DNA from: an uncultured Thermodesulfobacteriota bacterium
Lineage (GTDB): Bacteria; Desulfobacterota; Anaeroferrophillalia; Anaeroferrophillales; Tharpellaceae
Direction: 5' to 3'
NCBI GenBank assembly: GCA_964457755.1
Contig: CAYWGC010000011.1
Coordinates: forward strand, 8,320-72,319
DNA length: 64,000 nucleotides
Under the pieces are notes generated by a model. The model saw only the letters and a program-made list of their open reading frames with translations. It was not told where the DNA came from and did no database searches. Below, in pieces: positions 1-9,670 of this stretch. The translations under genes and the position numbers were made by a program. How positions within the stretch are numbered: position 1 is the stretch's first letter; the number at the start of each line of letters is the position of its first letter.

Positions 1-1498
1 AGAAAAAGAGGATATCAAAACCAGTCACCAAAACCGAGGTCGGATAGTATTTTTTCAAGGTCTCGGTTGACTCGGGCCAGCCCATCGTCGAAAAGGGCCA
101 GAGCCCCGACGAGAACCAGGTATCGAGAACATCAGTCTCCTGCCGCAAATTGGTGCTGGCACAATCCGGGCAGCAGTCAGGATCAACCCGGGCCACAATC
201 ATCTTGCCACAGGCTTCACAATACCAGGCCGGAATTCGGTGGCCCCACCAGATCTGGCGCGAGATACACCAATCCCGGATATTCTCCATCCAGTTAAAGT
301 AGGTCTTCTCCCAGTTTTTCGGGATAATCCGGGTCTCTCCCTCTCTAACCGCATCGAGGGCTCGATCAGCCAGAGGTTTGATTTTAACAAACCACTGATT
401 TGAGAGATAGGGTTCGATAATTGTTTGACAACGGTAACAGTGGCCGACATTATGCTCATAATCTTTGGTTGCCGGCAACAGACCGAGTTCATTAAGATCG
501 GCGATTACCTGTTCACGACACGCCTCCCGGGTCAACCCAGCATAAACCCCGGCATTCTCATTCATGGACCCTTTTTCATCCATAATCTTGATTATCTCAA
601 GTTTATGACGCAAACCGACCTCAAAGTCATTGGCGTCATGAGCCGGAGTAATCTTAACCGCTCCGGAGCCAAACTCACGATCAACATAATCGTCGGCAAT
701 GATCGGTATACGTCGATTCATCAGCGGCAACATAACCTCTTTGCCGATCAACTGAGAATAACGTTCATCCTCACCATTGACCGCAACCGCAGTATCGCCA
801 AGCATGGTTTCCGGACGGGTCGTCGAAACGATGATTGAGCCGCCACCATCGGCCAGAGGATATTCAAGATCCCAAAGTTTACCGTTGTTATGTTCCTCAA
901 ATTCGACTTCCAAATCGGAAAGTGCCGTGTGACATCGCGGACACCAGTTGATAATATAGTCACCCTGGTAGATAAGCCCATCTTCATAGAGAGTGACAAA
1001 AACTTCACGCACCGCTTTGGAGAGGCCCTCATCCATCGTGAAACGTTCCCGACTCCAGTCACAGGAAGAGCCCAAACGTTTAAGCTGGTTGATAATTGTA
1101 CCACCCGACTCTTCACGCCACTGCCAGACCCTTTCAATAAATTTTTCGCGACCGATATCGTGACGCTCAAGTCCTTCGGCCGCAAGCTGGCGTTCAACCA
1201 CATTCTGAGTCGCAATCCCGGCATGGTCAGTACCCGGCATCCACAACACATTGCGACCCTGCTGGCGATGATAACGAGCCAGAATATCTTGCAACAAATT
1301 ATTGAGCGCATGGCCCATGTGCAATGAACCGGTCACATTAGGAGGCGGGATGACCATCGAAAAAGAGTCGCCAGGGGCCGCAGGGTCGGCCGCAAAACAT
1401 TTGTTTTCTTCCCAAAATTTATACCATTTATCCTCAATCTTCAGAGGGTCGTAATTTTTGTCAAGTTGTCGCGGTTGATTGTCGGTGTTTTCGGTCAT
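1..1498 (-). CDS. valS: Valyl-tRNA synthetase, N-terminal part (runs off the left edge)
   Basis: Not in the ORF track. Read manually from ATG at 1498: [18 protein letters not shown]...[15 protein letters not shown] (class I HIGH motif of ValRS). Confidence 0.97.
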   Translation of the reverse strand, partial: MTENTDNQPRQLDKNYDPLKIEDKWYKFWEENKCFAADPAAPGDSFSMVIPPPNVTGSLHMGHALNNLLQDILARYHRQQGRNVLWMPGTDHAGIATQNVVERQLAAEGLERHDIGREKFIERVWQWREESGGTIINQLKRLGSSCDWSRERFTMDEGLSKAVREVFVTLYEDGLIYQGDYIINWCPRCHTALSDLEVEFEEHNNGKLWDLEYPLADGGGSIIVSTTRPETMLGDTAVAVNGEDERYSQLIGKEVMLPLMNRRIPIIADDYVDREFGSGAVKITPAHDANDFEVGLRHKLEIIKIMDEKGSMNENAGVYAGLTREACREQVIADLNELGLLPATKDYEHNVGHCYRCQTIIEPYLSNQWFVKIKPLADRALDAVREGETRIIPKNWEKTYFNWMENIRDWCISRQIWWGHRIPAWYCEACGKMIVARVDPDCCPDCASTNLRQETDVLDTWFSSGLWPFSTMGWPESTETLKKYYPTSVLVTGFDILFF

Positions 1499-1633
1499 GC
1501 TTAAAGTTTCCTTAATCAAATAGTTACAATTTATCTTGGCCAAAACATTTTCAGCCATTAAAACACACAAAAGTACACACAAAAATTTCGTGCTTTTTTA
1601 GTGTTCTTTTGTGGCTAAAGAATTAGAGCAGAA

Positions 1634-3292
1634 TCAGGTGTTAGTTTCCTCTTCCTGCTCCTCCTCAATCTCCAAGGTCTTCTCTAAACGGGCGATCTCG
1701 GCTTTGATTACTTTTTCAGCCAACGGTGGAATGACCTCACGAGCCACCTGGTCGACAATCGTCGGAGCCAGATCTCCAATTGCCTTTATCATCTTGTCCA
1801 TGCTGGCATAGGTGCTCTGCAGAAGTTGCTTACTCCACTCCTGGGTCATGCTCTCGATCTGTCGGGAAAAATCCTGAGAGATCGGTTCGGCACAAATTTC
1901 CGGTTCCTCTGACTCCAGCTCCAACGAAGATGATGTCGTCAGTTGAGTCCCAGACGCTGGTTCAGGTTCAGGCTCTGGCTCACCTGTAAAATCTGGCATC
2001 TCCTCTTCAAGCAGGTAGTCTTCTGGCAACTCAATATCATTTTCCAGAGGAGCCATCACATCATTCGAAAACTCTTTTTGCTGACCCTCAGAAACCCCGG
2101 ACAACAAATCTTCGGCATCCACCCTGGGAACAACTAACTCAGAGAACTCAACCTCTGTGTCTTTAACAACATCATCTTTCTCAGAATCCTTAAATTCAGG
2201 TTCTGGTAGACTCTCTGCGACTGCATCTTCACCTTTTGAGATTTCGTCCAAAAGATCGTCAATATCACTTAAATCATCTTCGCAGAAATCAATCTCCCCA
2301 TCAAGTTCCTCCGTTGGCAAAGAAGCCGCTTCACTCTTCACTTCCACCATTTCATTTTCAGCAGTCAAGCCAGCACTTTTCAGTTCGGCCAAAACAGGAT
2401 CGTCATTTTCAGGACGCTCGGGGATTTCGACCTCCGTAAATTCATCGTCAGCAAGCAAAGCATCGACATCTCCGGCAACAAATTCTGATGAATCTTCTTC
2501 AGACGAACTTTCAATTATGTTTTCAGCCTCAGTAGCTACCTCCAAACTCTCTTCGACTACCGTGTCATCATCCACGTTCGGCCCGACATCGCTGACCTTA
2601 TCAGCATCGGTTTCGACCTCAGCAGATTCTGCAGAACCGGACTCAAGATCATCCAAAGTATCATTGAAATCGTCAAGATCGAGATCATCTGACAGTTCAC
2701 CTTCGGGCTCCGCTTGCATAATCTCAACGCTAGCAGAATCAACCTCCAAAAAAGACTCTGACATCTTACCATCTTCAAGCCCGGGAATCTCATCAAGGGG
2801 CAACCCTTCTTCGACAATTTCAGTAAGCTCAACTATTGTGACAGGAATATCTTGCGGCTCAGACATCTTTTCGCCCTCTTCTATTTCTTGCACGACTCTC
2901 TTTTTTATTAGATCCCGACCAGTAGCCTGGATCAAGCATTCATGTAAATCATCTCTGCCAAAAGGTAATGTCAAAGTATTTTCAGAGGAAAGAATCTGCC
3001 TGATTTCATCCAGGTTTTCCCCGAATGGTTCAAAGATTCCGACAATCGGCAGGGCTGGATTGTTGTGACGCAGATCTTCCAATAACTCTAAACTCTCGCT
3101 TGAAGAGGAAAATGCCGAATCAAAAAGCAAAACATCAGGCTTTGATTCGGCAAGCAACTCCTGCAAATGAACTGCGTCCACAGCGATCCGGCACTCGCTA
3201 TCGAAATCCGCCAATGCGGTCTCAATAAAAGCTGCGAGAGGCTTCTTACTGCAAGCTATAATAATTTTCGCCATCACTTCACTCATCTTCAC
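1634..3292 (-). CDS. romR: RomR-like protein: atypical receiver domain, long Glu/Asp-rich linker, conserved C-terminal helical region
   Basis: N-terminal receiver-like fold (PDVLLFD...LPIV...LTLPF). Acidic low-complexity middle. C-terminal VDQVAREVIPPLAEKVIKAEIARL resembles the RomR-C motif (IAWEVVPQLAETIIREEL). Directly upstream of valS. Confidence 0.7.
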   Translation of the reverse strand: MKMSEVMAKIIIACSKKPLAAFIETALADFDSECRIAVDAVHLQELLAESKPDVLLFDSAFSSSSESLELLEDLRHNNPALPIVGIFEPFGENLDEIRQILSSENTLTLPFGRDDLHECLIQATGRDLIKKRVVQEIEEGEKMSEPQDIPVTIVELTEIVEEGLPLDEIPGLEDGKMSESFLEVDSASVEIMQAEPEGELSDDLDLDDFNDTLDDLESGSAESAEVETDADKVSDVGPNVDDDTVVEESLEVATEAENIIESSSEEDSSEFVAGDVDALLADDEFTEVEIPERPENDDPVLAELKSAGLTAENEMVEVKSEAASLPTEELDGEIDFCEDDLSDIDDLLDEISKGEDAVAESLPEPEFKDSEKDDVVKDTEVEFSELVVPRVDAEDLLSGVSEGQQKEFSNDVMAPLENDIELPEDYLLEEEMPDFTGEPEPEPEPASGTQLTTSSSLELESEEPEICAEPISQDFSRQIESMTQEWSKQLLQSTYASMDKMIKAIGDLAPTIVDQVAREVIPPLAEKVIKAEIARLEKTLEIEEEQEEETNT

Positions 3293-3402
3293 AAACTAAT
3301 TTGACATATTATTTTCCGTTCAAAAACCCTTTACCCCAAGGACTCTTTTTTTGCAACCGCTGCAGAGCCATAAAACCGGACAATACAACAATATCCAAAA
3401 CC

Positions 3403-5310
3403 TTAATCTAAAGGTACAGCACTCAAACCAGCTTTCCAGGTAGTCGATTTATTATCGTAAAGAAGAAAGGCCGTAACCGGCTGATCGGTTTCAACAACCA
3501 TAGTGCCACCAGTCAAAGTCTGTTGAAAAAGCGTCCAAACTGGATAGTTTATGCTACCGTTGGCCGGGATTGGCGGAGTCGTCATCTGGTATGCTGAAGT
3601 GCCGGCCCCGTCATAATAGCTAAAACTGATACGCGCATCCACGTCATTAGGGTTGCAGATCAAGACAAATGAACGCCAATCTTGGTCCACCGCAAGGTGA
3701 GGAAAGAGAAATTTTCGATGGAGTGAATCTTTCAGATCAATATCATACATGGTAGCAGAATCGCTATCGCCTATCAGCGCCAGACCTTTCAAGGAGTCTG
3801 TCGAAGAGACCTTAATCCAACCCTCAGTACCACTGGCAGTTGCGGTGGCAAAAACTTCCTGTCCATAAGCAGCAATCAGTTTTGACTCACTGCCTAAATG
3901 GTCGCCATTGGCCGCGTAGTAATCGATCCTGGCCTGATTATTTTTGACATGGTAATTGGCCAGGGCTAGACCGGTCCAGCGGCTACTGGTGGTAGAGAAA
4001 TAGGGAATATAGCTGAAGTGGGTATAATTAACTGAGTCCTCCGGTTCATAAGCCATCCACTCCGATATAAACGGTTCTATCGTGGAGACCAAACGACAGG
4101 CCCCGTTGCCGGCTAGCGCCCCATAAACATGGATAGCCACAAGACGATATGTCTGGGTCGTTTTATCGAACCGCCAGACGGGAGCACCACTCTGACCTGC
4201 TGAAGTATCGGCCTTATGCAGAAGCACGCGATCGGCAACCCCCTCATAACCAAGCACTTCATCATAATCATACCACATATCATAACTGTTAGTCTCATTC
4301 TGAACCGCCCCCGGATAACCGGCAAGGTTGATCACCGACGGCGTACTGTCATACTCAACCGGAATAAAGGTTGAGATCCCGGCAAAGCTCTGCGGCAGCT
4401 TAACAACTCCGTAATCGTATTCGAAACCGCCCGAATGATCAATGTAAACAGAATTGCTCTCAAGCTTTTGAGCTGAAACAGTTCCGAAGGGTTCGTAAAT
4501 AGTCCCTCCTTGATTGTCCTGAGATTGAGCCGGGGTCACCTTCATGGATTGAGACCACACTTTAAGCTCCTGATCCCATAAGTTGTGGCCACAGGTCAAG
4601 ACACAGTTAGAGGCAATCAAAGCCCCTGAGCCTCTATAGCTATCACCTGCGACCATAAAATCAAGATAACAGATGGTATTCCAGGGATAACTTGTAATAT
4701 CGTCATTAACTGCGACCCTGACCCGGTCATCGTTACCTTGAATCGATTCCCTCAACAAAGGCAGGTTTTCTTCAGTTAGAACTCCAGCATTTAGATCAGT
4801 CCTGAAGGTGTCGCTACCAACAACTCTCTCAAGAGGAGGATCAACAGCTCCCCGAGCAGCCTTTTTAAAAAATGGTTGTTTGACGCGGCGTGGGGTTAGC
4901 GGCGGTTGGCGAGTTATCATTCCTGCCGAACCCGGGGTTGCGAGTTCGCACAACTTCGAACCATTCAATAAAATCCTGGCCTCTGCTGCCCGCAACAGGC
5001 GCGCTTCAGGCTTTAGCATTTCAAGTGCCAGACAGGTTTTGCCGGCAGCATCAAAAAACTCGTACTCCTTCCATTTATAAAAGGTATTCTCAATCACCTG
5101 ACAAACCAGATGATCAGCCGATTCAGATTCGATACCTATCGGACAATCAATAACCGGCAGAGCCTCAATAACAACTGATTTTTCAGCCAGATGTGCACCT
5201 AGGTCAGACCATTTAACAACCTCTCCAGGCCCAGCCAGAACCGATGACTGCAGAGCAACTATTACAATCAGACTTAAAACTGCGCGAAAACAATTTTTGA
5301 AATTCGGCAA
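3403..5310 (-). CDS. Secreted trypsin-like (V8/glutamyl endopeptidase family) serine protease with two C-terminal ~105-aa repeat modules
   Basis: TTG start with GGAGGT RBS and signal peptide. Catalytic His in VLTCGHN, Asp in YDYG, Ser in DTSAGQSGAP; IH motif. C-terminal YIPYF..WTGLALAN and FPHLAVD..W..LICNP units. Confidence 0.85.
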   Translation of the reverse strand: MPNFKNCFRAVLSLIVIVALQSSVLAGPGEVVKWSDLGAHLAEKSVVIEALPVIDCPIGIESESADHLVCQVIENTFYKWKEYEFFDAAGKTCLALEMLKPEARLLRAAEARILLNGSKLCELATPGSAGMITRQPPLTPRRVKQPFFKKAARGAVDPPLERVVGSDTFRTDLNAGVLTEENLPLLRESIQGNDDRVRVAVNDDITSYPWNTICYLDFMVAGDSYRGSGALIASNCVLTCGHNLWDQELKVWSQSMKVTPAQSQDNQGGTIYEPFGTVSAQKLESNSVYIDHSGGFEYDYGVVKLPQSFAGISTFIPVEYDSTPSVINLAGYPGAVQNETNSYDMWYDYDEVLGYEGVADRVLLHKADTSAGQSGAPVWRFDKTTQTYRLVAIHVYGALAGNGACRLVSTIEPFISEWMAYEPEDSVNYTHFSYIPYFSTTSSRWTGLALANYHVKNNQARIDYYAANGDHLGSESKLIAAYGQEVFATATASGTEGWIKVSSTDSLKGLALIGDSDSATMYDIDLKDSLHRKFLFPHLAVDQDWRSFVLICNPNDVDARISFSYYDGAGTSAYQMTTPPIPANGSINYPVWTLFQQTLTGGTMVVETDQPVTAFLLYDNKSTTWKAGLSAVPLD

Positions 5311-5355
5311 CGTTACCTACCTCCCCAACTATCCACCATTAAATCACAACCCATC

Positions 5356-7974
5356 CTACTCAACAGCCTCGGCGTTGATCCCAGCAAAATAGGCACCCCC
5401 ACTTTTTCTATTACTATAGAGAGCAAATCCGGCGAGGCCGGTTGATGAAGTAATTTCGATTTTGCCGCCAATCTCAGAATGACCCGCGAAAAGGGTAGAC
5501 AATTCATAACGGGCACTGCCTTGGGCCGCAATTATCCGGTCAACCGTAGCGCCGACCTCTCCCAACTGATTGAGATTGACGATTCGCACAGAAGCCACTT
5601 GGGCCGCAGGGTTACAGAGTAATAGAGTAGTATCCCAGGTCGTATCTTGAGCGACATGAGGAACTATCAGGTTACGGCTCAAGTTCTCAACAAAGGGAAT
5701 ATCTGCCATCAACGATGGAGCCCCGCCCGTCCCGATAAAGGCCAGGCCGTTTAAAGGCCCATCTGAATCGACCTGGATCCAGCCCCGGCTGACCGTCGGT
5801 GGAGCCAGGGCAAGGGAGTACTGCCCCCAAATATCTATTGGAACCGTTATCCCGACCTGAACCGTACCGGCTTCGTTATAAATCGTAACTCGAGGCTCAA
5901 GCGCGCCAAAAATATCCGGGTTGGCCAGGGCCAGGCCAGTCCAATCTCCATTTTCAGACGAGAAATAGGGCAGGTAGTAGGAGAAAGTCAAAGCTGAAAA
6001 GCGAAAGCCGGAATCTTCAGCTACGGCATTGATACCAGCATAATATGAACCGCCACTTTTAAGATTGCTGTAAAGGGCAAAGGCAGCCACCCCGCTATCA
6101 TATGAGGTTATCAGGATTTTCCCGTTTTTCAGGTTAGCGCCTGAAAATAGCGATGCCAAAGGATACTCCCCGCTCCCCATAGCGGGCAACTCAAAACTTT
6201 CAATCCCCTGGGAAAAACCGCTCTGGTCAACCAACTCGAAATAGACGTCATTCGTAAAATTATGCGGATTACAGAGCAATATTGAAGTATCCCAAGTCGT
6301 GTCTTGGGCGACATGCGGGATCACCAGATTAGTCGCTAACTCCGAGACAAAAGGAATATCCGCCATCAAGTCTTGCGCCCCATTTAAACCGATGAAGGCC
6401 AGCCCGGAAAGAGGCTGGTGCGAGTTAACCAACATCCACCCGGCAGCATTCTGTCCGCCGGCTACGGGCAGAGACTCCTGGCCCCCGACCGCAATAAGTT
6501 TTTTCTCAGTACCGAGTAGGTTTCCGGCCCTATCATAGACCGAGACCTGAACTAAAGCATTAGCTGCGGGGTTGTCGTTGGCCAAGCCAAGCCCGGTCCA
6601 GTTGCCATTACTGGAAGAGTAATAGGGTACATAATAGTTGTAGGCACCATTAACATAGCCGCCCGTGTCAGTTGCAGTCAGAGTACCTCCCGCCCCGACT
6701 TGGGTGACCACACCAGTATCGAGATTAGTTACCTCAACCACACCCTCCTGCACAGATACGGTACTGACATCATTGATCTGCGAGACAGCAAAAGTGGTAC
6801 CCTTGATGCTGGTGTGAACGCGGTTGGTTTCAACCTGAAACTTTTCGGCTCCGGCATAGCCTTTCGGAAAATAAAACTCACACACCCCGTCTATCAATCT
6901 ACCATACACATCAATCATTGGTGTTGTCGCAAATTTACGAATCTTAACCTCATAAGTACTATTTTCATTGACCCGGGTCACAGCTCCAGCTCTATGACGC
7001 AAAAGAATCTCCACGCCGGGCCCGGTTTTTACCCGCGAACCGTTATAGAGAAGAGTCTGCGCAATACCGGTTACCTTCTGACCATTAATAATTACCTCTT
7101 CAACATAGGCCCAGGCTTCACCTTCTCCTTCCTGATAACCAGGGGCAATAACATAGGGCTCGGCAGCCGGGTTGGTTACCGTGAAACTGGCAGTAGTTTC
7201 GGCCTCACCCCCCTTACCATCGCTGACCACGACCTTAAGTGAATGAGCACCGATTGTGGGTCCCGACCAATTGACAGTTGTCGTGGTGACCCCGCTCTGT
7301 AAAGCCCCGTCCAGATACCAAGCATAACTTAGAGTATCCCCATCCACATCGGCAGCTGTAGCCGTAAAATTTATCGGACTGCCAACTATCGGCTGTGCCG
7401 GAGTGTAGTTTAAAGATACGGTTGGCACATGGTTGCCGGGTGCGGTTGAGGATGCGTCGAGCATTGCTGAAACCGTAAGATACCCAGAATCAGGACCGTA
7501 CTCACCAAGATATTCGTCAACTCTAACGCAGATGCAAACGTTAGCCCCATAAGTCTTTATAGCAGCGGTCAACACAGCCGGAATCGCGACTGACACATCA
7601 AAATTTTTCTGCTCACTGGCCCCTAAGTCAACCCGATATTCTGATTCTAAGTCGCTGTCGACCCCTCCACCCAATTGAATCTCAACAATAATAAGGGCCG
7701 AGCGTAGATATTCGTTCGCAGTTACAGTCCCCTGAGCCCGCAAAGTCCCAGTGCCCAAGGTTCCTTGATATAAACGGCCGATACCCATTATTCCCGTATC
7801 TTTATATGCACCCAAATTTGCTCCAGAAATCGTATAGGAAATCGACTGGATGCCATCCTTTGGCTCAACCGGATAAACCCCGGAAACCGCCAGAGCCTGG
7901 GAACCGGCAAAGCAAAACAGTAATAAGAAAGCGGTCAAAAAGGTTATTATTACACAAAATATTGATTTTTTCAT
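5356..7974 (-). CDS. Secreted modular protein: PKD/Ig-like domain, FecR-like domain, four C-terminal ~105-aa repeat modules
   Basis: Probable start ATG 7974 (MKKSIFCVIITFL..., signal peptide; track start 8004). NHVPTVSL..DVDGDTLSYAW..HSLKVVVSDGKGG is PKD/Ig-like. RVKTGPG..VNENS..TSIKGTTFAV..VSVQEGVVEV is FecR-like. Confidence 0.75.
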   Translation of the reverse strand: MKKSIFCVIITFLTAFLLLFCFAGSQALAVSGVYPVEPKDGIQSISYTISGANLGAYKDTGIMGIGRLYQGTLGTGTLRAQGTVTANEYLRSALIIVEIQLGGGVDSDLESEYRVDLGASEQKNFDVSVAIPAVLTAAIKTYGANVCICVRVDEYLGEYGPDSGYLTVSAMLDASSTAPGNHVPTVSLNYTPAQPIVGSPINFTATAADVDGDTLSYAWYLDGALQSGVTTTTVNWSGPTIGAHSLKVVVSDGKGGEAETTASFTVTNPAAEPYVIAPGYQEGEGEAWAYVEEVIINGQKVTGIAQTLLYNGSRVKTGPGVEILLRHRAGAVTRVNENSTYEVKIRKFATTPMIDVYGRLIDGVCEFYFPKGYAGAEKFQVETNRVHTSIKGTTFAVSQINDVSTVSVQEGVVEVTNLDTGVVTQVGAGGTLTATDTGGYVNGAYNYYVPYYSSSNGNWTGLGLANDNPAANALVQVSVYDRAGNLLGTEKKLIAVGGQESLPVAGGQNAAGWMLVNSHQPLSGLAFIGLNGAQDLMADIPFVSELATNLVIPHVAQDTTWDTSILLCNPHNFTNDVYFELVDQSGFSQGIESFELPAMGSGEYPLASLFSGANLKNGKILITSYDSGVAAFALYSNLKSGGSYYAGINAVAEDSGFRFSALTFSYYLPYFSSENGDWTGLALANPDIFGALEPRVTIYNEAGTVQVGITVPIDIWGQYSLALAPPTVSRGWIQVDSDGPLNGLAFIGTGGAPSLMADIPFVENLSRNLIVPHVAQDTTWDTTLLLCNPAAQVASVRIVNLNQLGEVGATVDRIIAAQGSARYELSTLFAGHSEIGGKIEITSSTGLAGFALYSNRKSGGAYFAGINAEAVE

Positions 7975-8092
7975 GATACCTCTAATAAAACAGTTCAGAC
8001 ACATCGGATAAAAAAATTAGTATCTATTCAACAACCTCATAAAGTTACTAAAGAAAGCATCGAACATCGCTTCGCCCACTCCGAAGATGGAT

Positions 8093-8185
8093 ACCCCAAG
8101 GGCACTTCCTCACTTCGTTCAGGCGCAAGCTCAGCCCGCTTCGGGCTAAAAACCCTCGCCGGAGGTCTGTCCCCACATCGAGACA
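8093..8185. repeat. Composite REP-like intergenic element
   Basis: 8166-8185 TCTGTCCCCACATCGAGACA matches 18379-18398 at 19/20. 8093-8110 ACCCCAAGGGCACTTCCT is the exact reverse complement of 50740-50757. Small hairpin AGCCCG-CTT-CGGGCT at 8133-8147. Confidence 0.65.
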
Positions 8186-8233
8186 GCTTGAAACCAGAAT
8201 ACGCTGAATAGATACAAAAATTGTTTCAATAAT

Positions 8234-9670
8234 TTACTGATTCTCGGCCAAATCGCCATATTTTTCCCGGTATTCTTTTAACTTGTTTCGCAAAGTTCTG
8301 ATACTGATACCAAGTTGAGCAGCGGCATGGGTGCGGTTTGAATCAACTTCATGCAGGGTTTTGTAGATCATATAACGTTCAACTTCGGCCAAAGTAGTTC
8401 CTGCAGGTAAGGGCAGATCGGTCATAGAATCGGGGCTTGAAGTAACAGCCTGAGCTGTATCCAGAGATGTTTTTTCAGGTAATGGTGGCAACAGCTCCAA
8501 GTCCGGCATGACTTCGGGATCAATAAAAAAATCTTCAAGTTCCAGATATGGGCCATCGGCCAAAACCACAGCCCGTTCCACCATATTCTCCAATTCGCGA
8601 ACGTTACCGGGATAGTTATGGTTTAGGAGAAAACGTCGAGCCCCATCTGCCAAACCTTGAAAACTACGTTTATTAAGTTGGCTGTATTGCTTGATAAAAC
8701 GCTCCAAAAGAAGCTCTACATCCTGAAGGCGATCACGCAATGGGGGAATGGTTAAAGGAATTACGTTAAGCCGGAAAAAGAGATCCTGACGAAAATTTCC
8801 GGCTGCGACCTCCTGCTGCAGATCCCGGTTGGTGGTCGCAATTATCCTGACATCAACCGAAATCGGCTGGCGCCCGCCGAGACGATCAACCTCACCCTCC
8901 TGAATAACCCGCAAGAGTTTACTCTGTAGAGGAAACGCCATCTCGCCGATCTCATCGAGTAAGAGGGTGCCACCGTCAGCCTGTTCAAATTTGCCGATTT
9001 TTCTCTGCAGGGCACCGGTAAAGGCCCCTTTTTCAAAACCAAAAAGCTCGCTTTCCAGAAGATTTTCGGGCAGGGCCGCACAATTTATCGCAACCAACAG
9101 TTTGTCGGCCCGAGGGCTCTGCTTCTGGATAAAGCGGGCCAGAAGCTCTTTGCCAGTACCGCTCTCACCCTGAATCAGAACTGTCGCCCGAGACGCTGCC
9201 GCCTTTTGCGCCAGGCGCATCATTCTGACCATGCGCGGATCGCCAAAGAGCAACTCACCCTTGCGATCATGTTCCGGGATAGAAGATCTAAGTTTTACAA
9301 CCTCGACAACTTTTTCAGCGAGATCCGCCAAAGAAAAACTTTTCTTTAATAGATAGTCAACCGCACCGGCCCGAATCGCCGTCACCGCCCCATCGACCGT
9401 GGGCCGGGCAACAACCGGCAAAACTGCAAGATCGGGATAGGTGCGACGCAAATAGAGTATCAGGTTCTCACCCTTAAAATCGCAATCAAGCTCTCCTACA
9501 AGGAGAGCTACGGGAGCCTCTGCCGCCAGAACCCGGTCGACATCAAGCAACGGTAGCGTTGTTGCCGTCACCTCGAAACCCGCCTTTACAAGAATTTGCG
9601 AAAGCGCCTCGGTAAACTGTACATCACTATCGCAGAGAACTACTTTAATGAGCGACTCTCCTGTTGCCAT
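8234..9670 (-). CDS. Sigma54-dependent transcriptional activator (FleR/FlbD/AtoC-like) with atypical receiver
   Basis: GESGTGKE Walker A, GAFTGA, LLLDEIGEM Walker B, C-terminal Fis-type HTH (NRTHAAAQLGISIRTL). Confidence 0.93.
   Translation of the reverse strand: MATGESLIKVVLCDSDVQFTEALSQILVKAGFEVTATTLPLLDVDRVLAAEAPVALLVGELDCDFKGENLILYLRRTYPDLAVLPVVARPTVDGAVTAIRAGAVDYLLKKSFSLADLAEKVVEVVKLRSSIPEHDRKGELLFGDPRMVRMMRLAQKAAASRATVLIQGESGTGKELLARFIQKQSPRADKLLVAINCAALPENLLESELFGFEKGAFTGALQRKIGKFEQADGGTLLLDEIGEMAFPLQSKLLRVIQEGEVDRLGGRQPISVDVRIIATTNRDLQQEVAAGNFRQDLFFRLNVIPLTIPPLRDRLQDVELLLERFIKQYSQLNKRSFQGLADGARRFLLNHNYPGNVRELENMVERAVVLADGPYLELEDFFIDPEVMPDLELLPPLPEKTSLDTAQAVTSSPDSMTDLPLPAGTTLAEVERYMIYKTLHEVDSNRTHAAAQLGISIRTLRNKLKEYREKYGDLAENQ

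Noticed and set aside
67-1327. Track ORFs 67-297, 199-492, 425-838, 748-1311, 890-1327
   Set aside because: They are off-frame or antisense shadows of valS, which the track missed because it is truncated by the window edge.
2157-3068. 303-aa Ser-rich plus-strand ORF
   Set aside because: Antisense shadow of the Glu/Asp-rich linker: GAA/GAT codons read as TTC/TCx/ATC on the other strand.
3293-8233. Sigma54 (-24/-12) promoters upstream of romR-like or surface genes
   Set aside because: TGGC and TTGC half-sites near 3355-3372 are spaced 13 nt apart rather than 10, and no match was seen at 7975-8233.
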